From NCBI GenBank assembly GCA_965218585.1, contig CBDCLE010000004.1:32001-96000 (forward strand): a stretch of DNA of 64,000 nucleotides, read 5' to 3'. A model generated the notes under the pieces. That model had not been told where the DNA came from. It ran no database searches and saw only the letters and a program-made list of their open reading frames with translations. Every line of letters starts with the position of its first letter. Positions within the stretch are counted from its first letter, which is position 1. Source of the stretch: Terriglobia bacterium. GTDB lineage: Bacteria > Acidobacteriota > Terriglobia > 20CM-2-55-15. The position numbers were made by a program, and so were the translations under genes. Below, piece by piece: positions 52,796 through 63,998 of this stretch.

Positions 52796-53542
52796 ATGCG
52801 ACGCCTTTTGCTCAGCGATATCCACGCCAACATGGAGGCACTCGACGCCTGTCTTGTTCGTGCCAACGAGATTGGTTTTGATTCAGTCCTTTGCTGTGGC
52901 GACATCGTTGGTTATGGCCCGGAACCGAATGAAGCGGTCGAGAAAGTCGCTGATCTTGAGGCTCTTACGATCCGAGGCAACCACGACCGGGTCGCCTGCG
53001 GGCAAGACGAACCGACCGGATTCAATCCCTACGCCAAGGCCGCCGCATTTTGGACCCGCGAAACCCTGACAGAAGAAAATCACGCTTACCTGCGCGCCCT
53101 TCCGATCGGCCCGCTCGATGTTGACGACGGTGCCCAACTGGTGCATGGCGCAGTGACTGACGAAGACGACTACATCATGTCGGAAAGTCACGCAGCGGAA
53201 AGCTTCGCAATGACCGAACGACATCTCACCTTCTTCGGGCATAGCCATCATCCAGGCGTCTACACATACGACAGATCGGCCAACATCGTCGAAGAGATCC
53301 TCAAGGATGAGGACGGATCAGTGACGATGCATCTACGAAACGACATGCAGTATCTGATCAATCCGGGATCAGTGGGTCAGCCGCGTGATGGGGATACGCG
53401 AGCCGCCTTCCTGATATGGGACAACGCCGAGCTTCGGCTGGAGTTCTACCGCGCCGAATACCCTTTCGAGATTACACAGGGGAAAATGCTGGAAGCCAGC
53501 CTTCCGCATTATCTGATTGATCGTCTGACATACGGACGCTAA
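52796..53542 (+). CDS. Metallophosphoesterase
   Basis: SDIHAN, GDIVGYG, GNHD, HG, GHSH, NPGSVGQPRD. Confidence 0.92.
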   Translation: MRRLLLSDIHANMEALDACLVRANEIGFDSVLCCGDIVGYGPEPNEAVEKVADLEALTIRGNHDRVACGQDEPTGFNPYAKAAAFWTRETLTEENHAYLRALPIGPLDVDDGAQLVHGAVTDEDDYIMSESHAAESFAMTERHLTFFGHSHHPGVYTYDRSANIVEEILKDEDGSVTMHLRNDMQYLINPGSVGQPRDGDTRAAFLIWDNAELRLEFYRAEYPFEITQGKMLEASLPHYLIDRLTYGR

Positions 53543-53586
53543 AGACGTGTGACTCGCTGCGCCGGAAATGTCAATGCATGGAACCT

Positions 53587-54021
53587 TCAGTATCCGATTC
53601 TGATAATCTCGACGTCCGGAACTCGGTAGTTCCAATCTTGAGGCAGGTTTTCGAACCGGAACGTGTAGAGACGCTCCTGGCCCGGAGGCAGCGGTGAACC
53701 CAGGCCCTGCTCCTCGGACTCCAGTACGACGTCACCGTCGAAACTGTTGAACGCCAGGTTCAACTCCACCGAACGCAAGGTTTGTTCGCTGACGTTGCGA
53801 ATCGTCCCTTCGATTATTCGAATCCTGTGACCCACAAAATTGGTGCTGGTCAGAATTCCGAGACGGGGCAACTCGGCGTAGGAGGAAAAGTCGGCTTCGT
53901 TGTCGACTAAGACAAGGGGTTCAGTGTCGGCCGCCGTTGGCTGGGAGGCGAGCCCCCAGAGGCCGATCAGGCCAAGGCCAAGCAGGAGAAAAGCTCCGAT
54001 GATGATGCGTGTCTGGGCCAT
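53587..54021 (-). CDS. Membrane-anchored Ig-like protein (FxLYD/DUF2393-like)
   Basis: N-terminal TM; GTIRN...LPPGQER.Y.F.FE....WNYRVP. Confidence 0.65.
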   Translation of the reverse strand: MAQTRIIIGAFLLLGLGLIGLWGLASQPTAADTEPLVLVDNEADFSSYAELPRLGILTSTNFVGHRIRIIEGTIRNVSEQTLRSVELNLAFNSFDGDVVLESEEQGLGSPLPPGQERLYTFRFENLPQDWNYRVPDVEIIRIGY

Positions 54022-54036
54022 CGAAGAAAAGAATAC

Positions 54037-55386
54037 CTAAAGATCACCCCACAAACCAGCTTCTCCTGACACCTCTTCGGGACCGGAAACCACCAGGGAA
54101 TAGTGCTCGGTGCTTAGATGCTGGGCAGCGACACGCGAAATGTCGCCGAGGGTCACGCCTTCGATATAGCCGGGATATTTCTCAACGTGGTCGAACCCCA
54201 AACCGAACACCTCCGCATTCACCAAGAATCGTGCGATTTGTGAATTTGATTCGAAGGCAAATACGAAGTTGCCGGTCAGATATGCCTTTGCATCGGCCAA
54301 CTCCTCGGAAGACACACCGCCGCTTACGACCGTTTGAATTTCCGTCTTGAAGCCCTCGATTGCTCTCCCGACATTCTCAGGGGAGGTTCCCATGTAAGCC
54401 AGGAACTTTCCCTGGTCTGTACCGGCCGAACTCGTGATGCTGGCGAAAGTCGTGTATGCCAACCCTTGCTCGTCTCTGAGCTTTCGGGGAATTCGTGCGG
54501 TAAGACCGGCACCTCCTCCGAGAATCGTATCGAGCACTTGCAGTGCATAAAAATCCGGATGCGTCCTCCGAACACCCAGATGCCCGAAGTAAATGTGTGC
54601 CTGCTCGCTGTCAACCTTCAGGAACTTCCGACGCACATCGCGCTGCCGCTCCAATACCTCCGTATTACCGTTCTCGATCTTGCCCGGTTTCCATCTTCCA
54701 AACACCGTTTCCAGCCGGGACAACATGTCTTTGGTCGCGAAATCGCCGACCACTGAGAGGATCGCGTTGTTAGGGTGGACGTAGCGTTGATGGAATTGAC
54801 CGAGATCTTCCTCGGTGATCTTTTCAATGGTCTCGGGGTAACCTTGCACCGGTCGGTGCAAGGGGTGGCCGCGATAAACGAGCTCGTTGAACTCCCATCC
54901 GGCGACAACCTGCGGTCTGTCCATCGCGCTGCGGATCTCGGTCAGGATTCGTTCCTTCTCTTTCGCCAGCGCCTCCTCTCGGAGAACTGGATTCATCACT
55001 ATATCGGCGACGAGCTCCAGTCCGAGATCGATGTCCTTGCTCAATACCCCAAGGAACGCGGAAACACGCTCGTAGGAACAATCGCAATCGATCGCCCCAC
55101 CGACGGACTCTATGGCTTCGGCGATCTCCAGCGACGTTCGTGTTCGCGTTCCCTCGTCAAGAAGGCGACTCAGCAAGACGGCGCTTCCCGCCCTCTCTTC
55201 CGGCTCCCGGCGGGCGCCCGCCATGACGCTGAGACTCAAGGAAACGGCCGGCAGCGAGGAGTTTTCGGCAAGGAAGACTTTGAGGCCGTTATCCAGGGTA
55301 AACCTCTCTGGATGGAAGGCGGTTGCCGCTCTGGGGGCTTTATCGATATCGCGACTGTTACGCCAGTGAGGTTGCGATGTCTTCAA
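54037..55386 (-). CDS. M16B peptidase, non-catalytic subunit
   Basis: LDNGL, no HxxEH, LRDEQGLAY. Confidence 0.88.
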   Translation of the reverse strand: MKTSQPHWRNSRDIDKAPRAATAFHPERFTLDNGLKVFLAENSSLPAVSLSLSVMAGARREPEERAGSAVLLSRLLDEGTRTRTSLEIAEAIESVGGAIDCDCSYERVSAFLGVLSKDIDLGLELVADIVMNPVLREEALAKEKERILTEIRSAMDRPQVVAGWEFNELVYRGHPLHRPVQGYPETIEKITEEDLGQFHQRYVHPNNAILSVVGDFATKDMLSRLETVFGRWKPGKIENGNTEVLERQRDVRRKFLKVDSEQAHIYFGHLGVRRTHPDFYALQVLDTILGGGAGLTARIPRKLRDEQGLAYTTFASITSSAGTDQGKFLAYMGTSPENVGRAIEGFKTEIQTVVSGGVSSEELADAKAYLTGNFVFAFESNSQIARFLVNAEVFGLGFDHVEKYPGYIEGVTLGDISRVAAQHLSTEHYSLVVSGPEEVSGEAGLWGDL

Positions 55387-56663
55387 CTATTGGCCTCATC
55401 GGACAATAACCAGCCGACTGTTCGGTTGTTCTCGTGCAGGTATTTTCCGCAGACCGCGGCGACGCCGGCGGCATCCACGGCCGCGACCTCAGATAGATAC
55501 TGATCGATGTAATCCAGTTCAGCGAGGGTTTCGATCTGACCAAGCAACATCGCCTGATCCAGGGTTCGTTCCATGGAAAAAACAAAATGGGCCTCAATCT
55601 GATGCTTCGCGCGCTTCAACTCGGCGTCAGTGATCCCTTCGGCCGCGATCCGGGCCAACTCGTCATGAACGCTGGCTTCAATCGCTTCCGGCCCACGCTC
55701 ACCGCAGCTTTCGCCGCGGATGTAGAAGAGGGTTGGATCCATTGATTCTCCGTATTCGGCAGTCACAAACGTCGTCGCGTTTTCGCTCTCGACTAACCGC
55801 TGGTAAAGCCGGGACGCCTTACCCTCCGCGAGTGCGACGGCCAGAACCTGCAGCGGGTAGGAGTCGGGATGACCGATTTCCGGAGTGTGATAGGCAATCG
55901 CCATCCGCGGAACGTCAGAACGCCATCGGACATCGATGCGCTTCTCCACGCTCTGACGGGGCTCGGTGGCGGTTCCTCTCGGTATTATCTCGCCGCCGGG
56001 AATCTTGTTGAAAGCGTCTGACACTTCCTCCAACGCCTGCTCGGTTTCGAAATCACCCACAAGTACAAGCGTGGCATTCGACGGGTGATAGTACTTTCTA
56101 TAGTGCGCTTCCATCGTGGCTGGCGTTGCAGCTTCCAGATCCGGAAGCCAGCCAATCACTGGATTGCGATAGGTGTGCCGCTCGAACGCCTTGGTATTGA
56201 GTTCCTGCATCAACTTACCCCAGGGCTGGTCGAGGCCGGATTTCAATTCTTCGATGACCACGTTCTTTTCGGCTTCAAACTCGGCAGGGTCGAAAATTGT
56301 ATGGACCATGCGGTCGGCTTCGATGTCGAGCGCCGTTTGCCAGCGGTCAGAGGCAAAGCTGAAATAGTAGGCTGTGAAGTCGTAAGACGTGAAGGCATTG
56401 TTGCTGCCCCCGTTTCTCATCGTCAACAGATCGATGATTCCCTTGCCGTATCGTTCGGTCCCTTTAAAGAGCATGTGCTCCAGAAAATGAGAGCTTCCCG
56501 TGTGCCCCGCCACCTCATCGGCAGCGCCCACGCGATACCAGATCATGCTCGTGACGGTGGGGGAACGGTGACTTTCCCGTGTGAGGACCACTAATCCGTT
56601 GTCGAGTACCGTCCTCCGGACATCGGCGGTCGAGAGGACTGAAGAATTGGATCGTGCTGGCAT
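55383..56663 (-). CDS. M16B zinc peptidase, catalytic subunit
   Basis: HFLEHMLFKGT, NAFTSYDFTAY, EKNVVIEE. Confidence 0.92.
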   Translation of the reverse strand: MPARSNSSVLSTADVRRTVLDNGLVVLTRESHRSPTVTSMIWYRVGAADEVAGHTGSSHFLEHMLFKGTERYGKGIIDLLTMRNGGSNNAFTSYDFTAYYFSFASDRWQTALDIEADRMVHTIFDPAEFEAEKNVVIEELKSGLDQPWGKLMQELNTKAFERHTYRNPVIGWLPDLEAATPATMEAHYRKYYHPSNATLVLVGDFETEQALEEVSDAFNKIPGGEIIPRGTATEPRQSVEKRIDVRWRSDVPRMAIAYHTPEIGHPDSYPLQVLAVALAEGKASRLYQRLVESENATTFVTAEYGESMDPTLFYIRGESCGERGPEAIEASVHDELARIAAEGITDAELKRAKHQIEAHFVFSMERTLDQAMLLGQIETLAELDYIDQYLSEVAAVDAAGVAAVCGKYLHENNRTVGWLLSDEANS

Positions 56664-56894
56664 TTTCGATTTTTCGGTCTACTATCTGTCCTGAACCGGC
56701 GGGGAACAGAACCTTCTTTCCCGGGATTCCTGTCTCCCGAGCTGGTGTTTGACAAATACGACTCGCAAACTACCATAGCCCAAAGTGGCTGTCAATTGTA
56801 ACTGCCAATATAACTTAGAGTTACGGGTGGAGGAGTTTTTCATATCGACGGGTGTGTCCCCGAGGGAAGAAAATATAACTACAAAGATAGTAAT

Positions 56895-57375
56895 ATGTCC
56901 AAAACGCCTTCACACTCTCAATTGTCTCCGCCCGAAGTCCAGAAGTCCTTTGATCTTCTTGGAATTCCAAGCCGCTTCACCGAAACGGAGATCGAACGGT
57001 TGGAATCCGATAAGGTACTGGCGCAAGAGGGGTTTCTCACGTTCCCAACACCCGATGACAACAACGCCCTGTCGATCCTAACCCTGAGGAAAGCCTTGGG
57101 TACGAACCCATCGCGGGAACCGGTTTTTTACGATCATCCGTGGTACCTGGAAGACGCGTTCGGGTCTCTCCGCTGTGACCCGGGATGGCATTCTGTCCGG
57201 ATGGAGGTCACTGCCGACAGCATCGGCCAGCCAGTATACTATGCAGATAGTATTAAATCGTCCGGGCACTTCCTTCCCTCCGCGATCGAGGTGGCCCTTA
57301 TGCTCTTCCTGAACTTCACCCTCACCGGGAAACGCCTGCTTGTGAACAAACATAGCTGGACCAGAGATCGTACGG
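56895..57375 (+). pseudogene. Hypothetical protein, probably 3'-truncated
   Basis: Protein-like to SWTRDRT, then runs into antisense of the GGDEF fragment. Confidence 0.5.
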
Positions 57376-58310
57376 AAAGGCTGACGCCACCGGCGGGCAA
57401 ATGACAAGGTGCGAACCATGTCTTCTTCCAGAAATTTCCGGTTTGCCAATCCGGTCAGAGGGTCTTTGCGCATGAGGCGGCTGATCGTCTTTTTGGCCTC
57501 CTCCAGGCTCTTCTCAGATCCCTTGCGTTGACTGATATCGTGTATGAACGCGTTGAAGTGAGCCGACTCGCCGTTCCGTTTGGCCGAAATGGTCAGTTCG
57601 ATCGGAAACTCTCGGCCAGTCTTGTCACGTGCGGTCAGGCCGAGGTTTTGTGAAAGCACCTGGCTTACCTGGAGCTCGCCGAGGCGTCGCATTCCTTCAC
57701 GCCGCTTTTCAGGAGGATCCGCCGGTATGATCGTTTCAACGAACGATTCGCCAAGGACGACCTCCCGTTTCCAACCAAAGACAGTTTCCGCCTGCCGGTT
57801 CCACTCCTTGATCCTTCCTTCCGCATCGATCGTGACGAGAGCAACGGGCACTTCCTCGACAACTTCCCGCCACTCCCGAGCCGCTGCTTCGTGCCGTCTT
57901 TGCTCTGTGACGTCTGAAACGAAGCCTTCAATGCGAGGGGGGTACTCCTCGAGCGGCGACACACGGCGGCCGTTGTCGGTCACCCATTTTTCTGTTCCGT
58001 CGGGGAGCGAGAGCCGGTAGGTGATCCCGAACGCCTCACCTTGCTTCAGCGCTGAACGCACATCTTTCGATACTCGACCGAGGTCGTCTGTGTGAATCAG
58101 GCGGCTCCAGGAAGCCATGGGGTTTGCCGTGAGGTCTTCCGGACGGTATCCGGTCAGGGCCTGACTCCCCTGGCTGACAAATTCCATCGTCCAGTCACCG
58201 TCCCACCGACACCGGTAAACCATCCCCGGTAAGTGATCGAATAACCCGATCGCGTCAAAATCGGTCAGGCCGGTGACATTTTGTGGCGATTCCTGAATGG
58301 GGTTGTGCAT
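57375..58310 (-). pseudogene. PAS-PAS diguanylate cyclase truncated at the start of the GGDEF domain
   Basis: Two PAS domains then DPLTGLANRK...RRWRQP; no GGDEF motif follows. Confidence 0.82.
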
Positions 58311-58467
58311 GGGTCCCTCGGGTCAAACGCCTCTGCCGTTTGAACTTCGTGAGAATCGGTAGCGAATCCCACCGTTTCTCCATCATTAATTACAGCAATT
58401 CTAGTTCCGTAAGGCGAGGGTTCTGGATTGTGAAGGATTCGACGGACGGAGCCGAGGGGCCTCGGAT

Positions 58468-59250
58468 TCAGTGGGTCATCGAGTAGACGATCCAGTTGAT
58501 TCCCATGCGGAACGCAAAGCCAGCAAATTGAGCGGGATAGCAATCGAGATCGGCCCACTCCCAGGCGTCGCCGATGTCGGTATTGAAATTGATCACCATC
58601 ATGGGCCGGCGGTCATCGTCGAAAATCGCCATCGCATAGGGAACATAGCCATCACCCTGGGAAGTCGACCCACCGTAACAACCATTGTTTACGTTGGGTA
58701 TCTGCAGGATTTCTTCGATGTCAAAGAACGAGTGGAAAAGCTGGTGCGACAGGGGGATATCTTCGGGTTCCCGTCCGGGAAAGATCTTCTTGAGCTGAGT
58801 GTAGAAGTTCCGCCACTCGTACGAGCCCCAGAAATCGTCTATTACGAGAAAACCCCCGCGCAACATGTACTCACGCAAACGTTCGGCTTCCGGCTGGCTG
58901 AGGTTCATACCGCGTCCGACTTCGAGCGCATAGAGCAACGGATAGCTGAACAGGTTGGGATCCATGATTTCGATCGCAACATCCTGGTCCATGACGACCC
59001 GGACGTTGGACATGCGATCGATAGCGTATATGAACTGCTTGTCTGCCTTGGGCCAATCAGTTGCCCAACTGCCTCGACGGCCAAAACCACGGAAATTGCT
59101 CAAACCCTCGTTGTAGATCAAACGCGCAAAGACGAACTCGGAGCCGTCTGCTCCGCCGTAGCCCCCCAACTGCGCTCCGGGAAAGAGTTGAATCGCGAGA
59201 AGGGGCAATGGGAGCAGCGCCACACCGACAATCAGTAACAATCGTTTCAT
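58468..59250 (-). CDS. DUF4159-family secreted protein
   Basis: FVFARLIY, WATDWPKAD, LREYMLRGGFLVIDDFWG, NTDIGDAWEW, YSMTH. Confidence 0.88.
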   Translation of the reverse strand: MKRLLLIVGVALLPLPLLAIQLFPGAQLGGYGGADGSEFVFARLIYNEGLSNFRGFGRRGSWATDWPKADKQFIYAIDRMSNVRVVMDQDVAIEIMDPNLFSYPLLYALEVGRGMNLSQPEAERLREYMLRGGFLVIDDFWGSYEWRNFYTQLKKIFPGREPEDIPLSHQLFHSFFDIEEILQIPNVNNGCYGGSTSQGDGYVPYAMAIFDDDRRPMMVINFNTDIGDAWEWADLDCYPAQFAGFAFRMGINWIVYSMTH

Positions 59251-59381
59251 TGGTTCGACAATCTTCTCTAGCACGCGGATCGATCCCGACCATTCTACTC
59301 ATACACCTGGTCAAACAGAAGCCCTTAGACCCCGATCGACAGGCACAATGTGATAGAAAAGGGTCTGACGCGAAGGAGCCC

Positions 59382-61400
59382 ATGGAGCGACGACCACTAT
59401 CAGGAAGGGTTCGGAAAGCTTTTCTCGATCTCGGTCGATCGACGCGGTTTCTCGTCGTCCTTATTCTCCTTGAGATCATCCACAGGGGTTCGGCAATCCT
59501 CCTGAGAGCGGAACTCCCGTCGGCCGGCCTGGTCCGATTTCTGCTCGTGATCGCTTTGGTCTTCCGGCTCTTTTCCGGATTGCTATTTCTTGCGAAGAAG
59601 ATCCTTTGGCGCGTTCGCAATCGGCTTCTCGTCACCTACGTTCTCGTTGGATTGGTTCCCATCGTCCTCGTTCTGGCGATGGTATCTATTATCGCGACCA
59701 TACTGATGGGACAGATCACGGGGTATCTCTTGATCTCCAGTCTGGACAGCAGGTACGAAGCCCTGGAAGCGGCTGCTTCCAATATCGCTGTGAGCACGGC
59801 GTTGGGAAACGAACCGGTCGGGGCAGCAACAGAAGCGCTGACCCGGGGCCGCGAGGCCCTACCCTTCCTGAATGCTGTCGTTGAGGTCGACGACCAGCCT
59901 CTTCCAACCGAAGCTTCCGCACTGAATGCTATACCCGAATGGATCGAACCCGGCTTCAAGGGATTGCTGGTCTCCGAGACGAATTATCTTCTGGTGGCCC
60001 GTTCAGCTGAGACCTTCGCGTCTTCGGTGGCGGTCATGACCTACGAAGTTCTGGACCCGACGATTCTGTCCCAGGTATTGCCCGGATTCGCAACGATTCA
60101 ACTCATCAACATTCAGACTCTTCCCTCGGGAGCACCAGAGCTTGGACGCCTTGAAGAGGAGCTCGAGCGTCTAGAGGTTGAGGTCGATGTGGAAACCCTG
60201 TCGACGCTAAGTTCGGCCACTGCCGTTCCGCTTTCCGAGCAGCGTGGATTTTGGGACCTTCCCATTGCCTGGCCGTCGCGGGTGCCCGCACAGGTTCTCG
60301 AAGACGGAACAGACTATCTGGTGGCCGCAGTTGTCGGATCGCATCCGTCATTGATCGTCCGAGAACTCTTCAGCACCTTTGAGCTTGCCGGGATACTCGG
60401 CACAGCTCTCATCCTGGTGGCTGTGGCCTTCCTCTCCGTAGAAGCGGGATCGTTACTGTTCATCGGACAGTTGACCCGATCGATAACACGCACGGTCAAA
60501 GACACCTACGAGGCAACAAAACAAGTCGAGGCCGGTAATCTGTCCCACCGCATTCCGATTCGAAACGACGACCAGTTGAACAGCCTCGCTTCGTCGTTCA
60601 ACGGAATGACAGAGAACGTTCAGCAACTGATCGCGGAGGTCAAGGACAAGGAACGGCAGGATCTGGAACTACAGATTGCCCGCGAGGTTCAGATCGGCCT
60701 GTTTCCGAAACAACGACTCCATCTCGAAAATCTGGAAGTGGTCGGAGTTTGCAGGCCGGCACGGTTGGTGAGTGGTGACTATTACGACTTCGTGCCACTC
60801 GATAAGACGAAGGCCGCTCTCGTAATCGGAGACATTTCAGGGAAGGGGATTTCGGCTGCGCTTCTCATGGCCAGCCTGCAATCTTCAGTACGTTCGCAAA
60901 TCATGATGGCGAAGAACTCCTCCACGGCCGCCATATCCCCCGCACATGTGGTCGGCCTCCTGAACGAGCAGTTGTACCAGAGCACGACGCCCGAAAGGTT
61001 CGCGACGTTCTATTACTCCGTTTACGACGACGATACCGGCGAACTGCGCTACACAAACGCCGGCCACGTGCCTCCGGTTCTTATCCGGGAAAGGTCTGCG
61101 ATCCAACTGGAGCCGACCGGAACCATCGTCGGCGCCTTTCCAGGCACCCGCTATGAAGAAAGCCGTATTCAGCTCGAGCCGGGGGACCTGATGGTGGCAA
61201 CAACCGACGGGGTCACTGAATGCGAAAATGCCGCAGGAGATCAGTTCGGTGAAGACCGTCTGATCGAACTTCTGCTCGAACACTCAAATAAGCCGCTCGA
61301 CGAACTCATCGACATCATCGTTCGGTCGGTCAACGGCTGGGCGCACGATCTTCCCGGCCAGGACGACACAACACTTCTCCTGGCACGACGCGCTTCTTAA
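59382..61400 (+). CDS. Membrane HAMP-SpoIIE/RsbU PP2C phosphatase
   Basis: WRVRNRLLVTY, HAMP, AREVQ, VSGDYYD, GDISGKG, NAGH, TDGVTE, DDTT. Confidence 0.92.
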   Translation: MERRPLSGRVRKAFLDLGRSTRFLVVLILLEIIHRGSAILLRAELPSAGLVRFLLVIALVFRLFSGLLFLAKKILWRVRNRLLVTYVLVGLVPIVLVLAMVSIIATILMGQITGYLLISSLDSRYEALEAAASNIAVSTALGNEPVGAATEALTRGREALPFLNAVVEVDDQPLPTEASALNAIPEWIEPGFKGLLVSETNYLLVARSAETFASSVAVMTYEVLDPTILSQVLPGFATIQLINIQTLPSGAPELGRLEEELERLEVEVDVETLSTLSSATAVPLSEQRGFWDLPIAWPSRVPAQVLEDGTDYLVAAVVGSHPSLIVRELFSTFELAGILGTALILVAVAFLSVEAGSLLFIGQLTRSITRTVKDTYEATKQVEAGNLSHRIPIRNDDQLNSLASSFNGMTENVQQLIAEVKDKERQDLELQIAREVQIGLFPKQRLHLENLEVVGVCRPARLVSGDYYDFVPLDKTKAALVIGDISGKGISAALLMASLQSSVRSQIMMAKNSSTAAISPAHVVGLLNEQLYQSTTPERFATFYYSVYDDDTGELRYTNAGHVPPVLIRERSAIQLEPTGTIVGAFPGTRYEESRIQLEPGDLMVATTDGVTECENAAGDQFGEDRLIELLLEHSNKPLDELIDIIVRSVNGWAHDLPGQDDTTLLLARRAS

Positions 61401-61406
61401 GCCGCC

Positions 61407-62036
61407 TCAGAATATTCCGTAGTCGATGACGTCGTCGAAGAAACCGGCGACGGTGAGTGTAATCGTAACGGGAAACTCGTTGTAGTTGACCCAGTACCAG
61501 CCGTGCTCCCCGTCGAAAGGCGCCACTAACGACCCGTTGTGGCCGGATCCTTCCTGATGTTCCCTGTAGCGCACGAAGAACGTATTGCCAACAGCCGGAT
61601 CATGGCCATGAAAGTCTGAATAGACCGAACCCTGATCGACCTGCCAGGAATAGGTGACGACTTTCCCCTCTCTCAAGACCGTTTTTATCTCGGTTTCCTC
61701 CCCCGGCCCGACCATGATCTCGAGAGTGCGGGTGTCGGCAGGTTCTCCTTGATCCTGGTGAATCTCAGTATTTGGCAGGGGAACGGGTTCTCCAAAATCG
61801 GGCACCTCTACTTCACGAACCCCTTCGTTGCCACCGAGAACATCCGTGATCTCCAGGGTCCGGGATGGGTTGCCAAGCGCCATCAATCCGAACACGTTTC
61901 CAATTCCCGTCGGGTCGATACCATACTCGGCAGGCAAGACTGTCGTTACGAGAACGACTAGTGCGACGACTGCGGCGCCAACGGTTGCCTGTCCGATGCG
62001 CCTTCGTGATGCAGGTTGCGGGTTTGACTCAGCCAT
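61407..62036 (-). CDS. Membrane-anchored hypothetical protein (LPAEYGIDPTG family)
   Basis: TM helix, LPAEYGIDPTG, DFHGH, APFDGEHGWYW. Confidence 0.78.
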   Translation of the reverse strand: MAESNPQPASRRRIGQATVGAAVVALVVLVTTVLPAEYGIDPTGIGNVFGLMALGNPSRTLEITDVLGGNEGVREVEVPDFGEPVPLPNTEIHQDQGEPADTRTLEIMVGPGEETEIKTVLREGKVVTYSWQVDQGSVYSDFHGHDPAVGNTFFVRYREHQEGSGHNGSLVAPFDGEHGWYWVNYNEFPVTITLTVAGFFDDVIDYGIF

Positions 62037-62222
62037 CTGCTGTCGACCTCCTCTTAGGCTTCATAGGGCACAGCGTCAATTGCACCGCATCGAATGGGCC
62101 TATAGCTCATCAGGTTAATGAGAACAGCCACTAAATACAACAACACTCCTGATTGAGACATGAAGAGTTGGTGAAGTTTTCGTCAAAAACGCCAGGGTCG
62201 ACCTTCAGAAAACGACTGGCAG

Positions 62223-63752
62223 CTAGCGCGAAGGCGGTGGCGCGGCGCCAGAATCCGGAACGAGCATGCGTATCATCCCGTCCTGCCTTGATGTGATAAA
62301 GAGTTCGCCGTCGCGGCTGCGGCTGATATGCATGTCGGTCCGTGTGGCGGTGGCGCCGTTTGTAGCTTCGACAAGCTCCCGAAAGTTCACGAACGTGCGG
62401 TCGCCGCTCGAATTACGAATATAGAGCTGGATCTCTTCGATTGGGGCAACCGTCTCCGGAATACCATCATCGGCCGCTTTCATCGCGGCGAGATCAGCTG
62501 CGAAAAGCCGACCCCTGTTGAGGTCGCCAAACACGAACTTCCCGCGGAGTTCTTCGATAACACCGTAGTAGGCGAACCCGCCAGACACGACCTGGCCATC
62601 GTTGTGGTCGTAGATCGCCACCGGATAGGTGAATTCATCCTCTCTGTCTCCGTTGAGAACAGCTGCCGGCAACGGAAACAACTGATTGAGTGCCCCACCG
62701 GGACGGGTGACGCCATTCTCCCAATACCCTTCGCGCAACATCCAGCCGTAGTTTTCGCCTTCACGGACGATGTTGATCTCCTCGATGTGGTTCATTCCGA
62801 TGTCGGAGGCGAACATCGTTCCATCGGTGAGATCCCACGAAAGCCTGTGGGCGTTCCGAAACCCGTACGCATAAATCTCGCCGAGCGTGTTCGGGTCGTC
62901 GTCTGAAGCGAACGGGTTGATCGTCGGAATAGTGTAATCCCCAAGCCCTTTCGTCCCTCCTGATACGGAAGGACTGCGCGGATCGATCCTCAGAATGGCA
63001 CCGATGACGGTATCGAGGCGTTGCACCTGTTCGGGGCTGTTCGCGTTCGGTCCGCCGCCGTTGCTGAATCCGAAGTCACTGCCACTGGTGTAGATCAAAC
63101 CGTAGTCAGCGTCACCCGGCATCGACGTCGGATTGAAGCCCACATGACCGAGTGGGTGGGTGAGGTTGTTGACCACATGGGCCACACGGATCAGTTCCCG
63201 CCGCGTGCCCTCGAAGGTGTCCGCCGCCGGGTTCGTCGCGCGCCATTCCGTGATGATGTTGTGGTGGGTCACATCACTTCGAGTGAACCCCGGAGGAATG
63301 AAATCCGCAGTAGCGGGGTTGCCCGGCGCGTTCTCGGCATGCACGGTGTAGAACAGTCCGTTCTGTTCGAATTCCGGATGGAAATCGAATCCGATGAATC
63401 CGCTCTCGAGCCGGTTGTAAACCGCAAACGGAAAGACCTCGCCAACGTTCGTATAAATCGCGGGCTGGTTGTTGCCATCAAGGAAATACAAGAACCCGCG
63501 CGAGTCGTTGGCGAAGCGGCGGCCGTCAGCAAGGTCGCGAACGTAACTCACTCGGGCCCACCCTGCCGGATTCACGTCCTGATCGGCAGGACGCATCCCT
63601 CTCGACTCTGGTAGACGCACGACATCGGTGATCTCGACCATCAGGCCACGCTTCTCAACCGGAGCCGGGATTGGATCTGTGATCTGTGTGGCCATCGCAC
63701 TCGCGTTTCCCGCCAGCGAGATGACCATGACGAGCAATGTCCAAACGCGCAT
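62223..63752 (-). CDS. PQQ-dependent sugar dehydrogenase (GSDH beta-propeller)
   Basis: Signal peptide, FHPEF..NG, GAILRIDP, EIYAYGFRNAHR, EEINIV..GENYGW. Confidence 0.85.
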   Translation of the reverse strand: MRVWTLLVMVISLAGNASAMATQITDPIPAPVEKRGLMVEITDVVRLPESRGMRPADQDVNPAGWARVSYVRDLADGRRFANDSRGFLYFLDGNNQPAIYTNVGEVFPFAVYNRLESGFIGFDFHPEFEQNGLFYTVHAENAPGNPATADFIPPGFTRSDVTHHNIITEWRATNPAADTFEGTRRELIRVAHVVNNLTHPLGHVGFNPTSMPGDADYGLIYTSGSDFGFSNGGGPNANSPEQVQRLDTVIGAILRIDPRSPSVSGGTKGLGDYTIPTINPFASDDDPNTLGEIYAYGFRNAHRLSWDLTDGTMFASDIGMNHIEEINIVREGENYGWMLREGYWENGVTRPGGALNQLFPLPAAVLNGDREDEFTYPVAIYDHNDGQVVSGGFAYYGVIEELRGKFVFGDLNRGRLFAADLAAMKAADDGIPETVAPIEEIQLYIRNSSGDRTFVNFRELVEATNGATATRTDMHISRSRDGELFITSRQDGMIRMLVPDSGAAPPPSR

Positions 63753-63773
63753 AAACCCTCCTCTGAAGAGGCA

Positions 63774-63998
63774 TCAAGCCTTGAGCGAATTCACGGCAGA
63801 CGGATAGGCGTTGATGCCAAGAGCTTCCCGAAAATCTTCCGAACCTTTGATCATCATCGGTTCCAGGGGAAGACCGAGGCAATTCGCTAGACGGTCGTTC
63901 TTGCTGAAACACCCGGCAATCAGGGAGGCGGCGGCGACTGCGGCTTCTCCGAGCTCCTCGGCAAGGGCGGCTCTTGCCTGGTTCAGCCTGTCCAGGTC
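63774..63998 (-). CDS. AhpD-like protein C-terminus, 5' end outside window
   Basis: LNQARAALAEELGEAAVAAASLIAGCFSKNDRLANCLGLPLE...*. Confidence 0.55.
   Translation of the reverse strand, partial: DLDRLNQARAALAEELGEAAVAAASLIAGCFSKNDRLANCLGLPLEPMMIKGSEDFREALGINAYPSAVNSLKA

Noticed and set aside
57078-57404. Long overlap between convergent ORFs as a real overlapping gene pair
   Set aside because: Explained by read-through across the deletion junction at ~57375.
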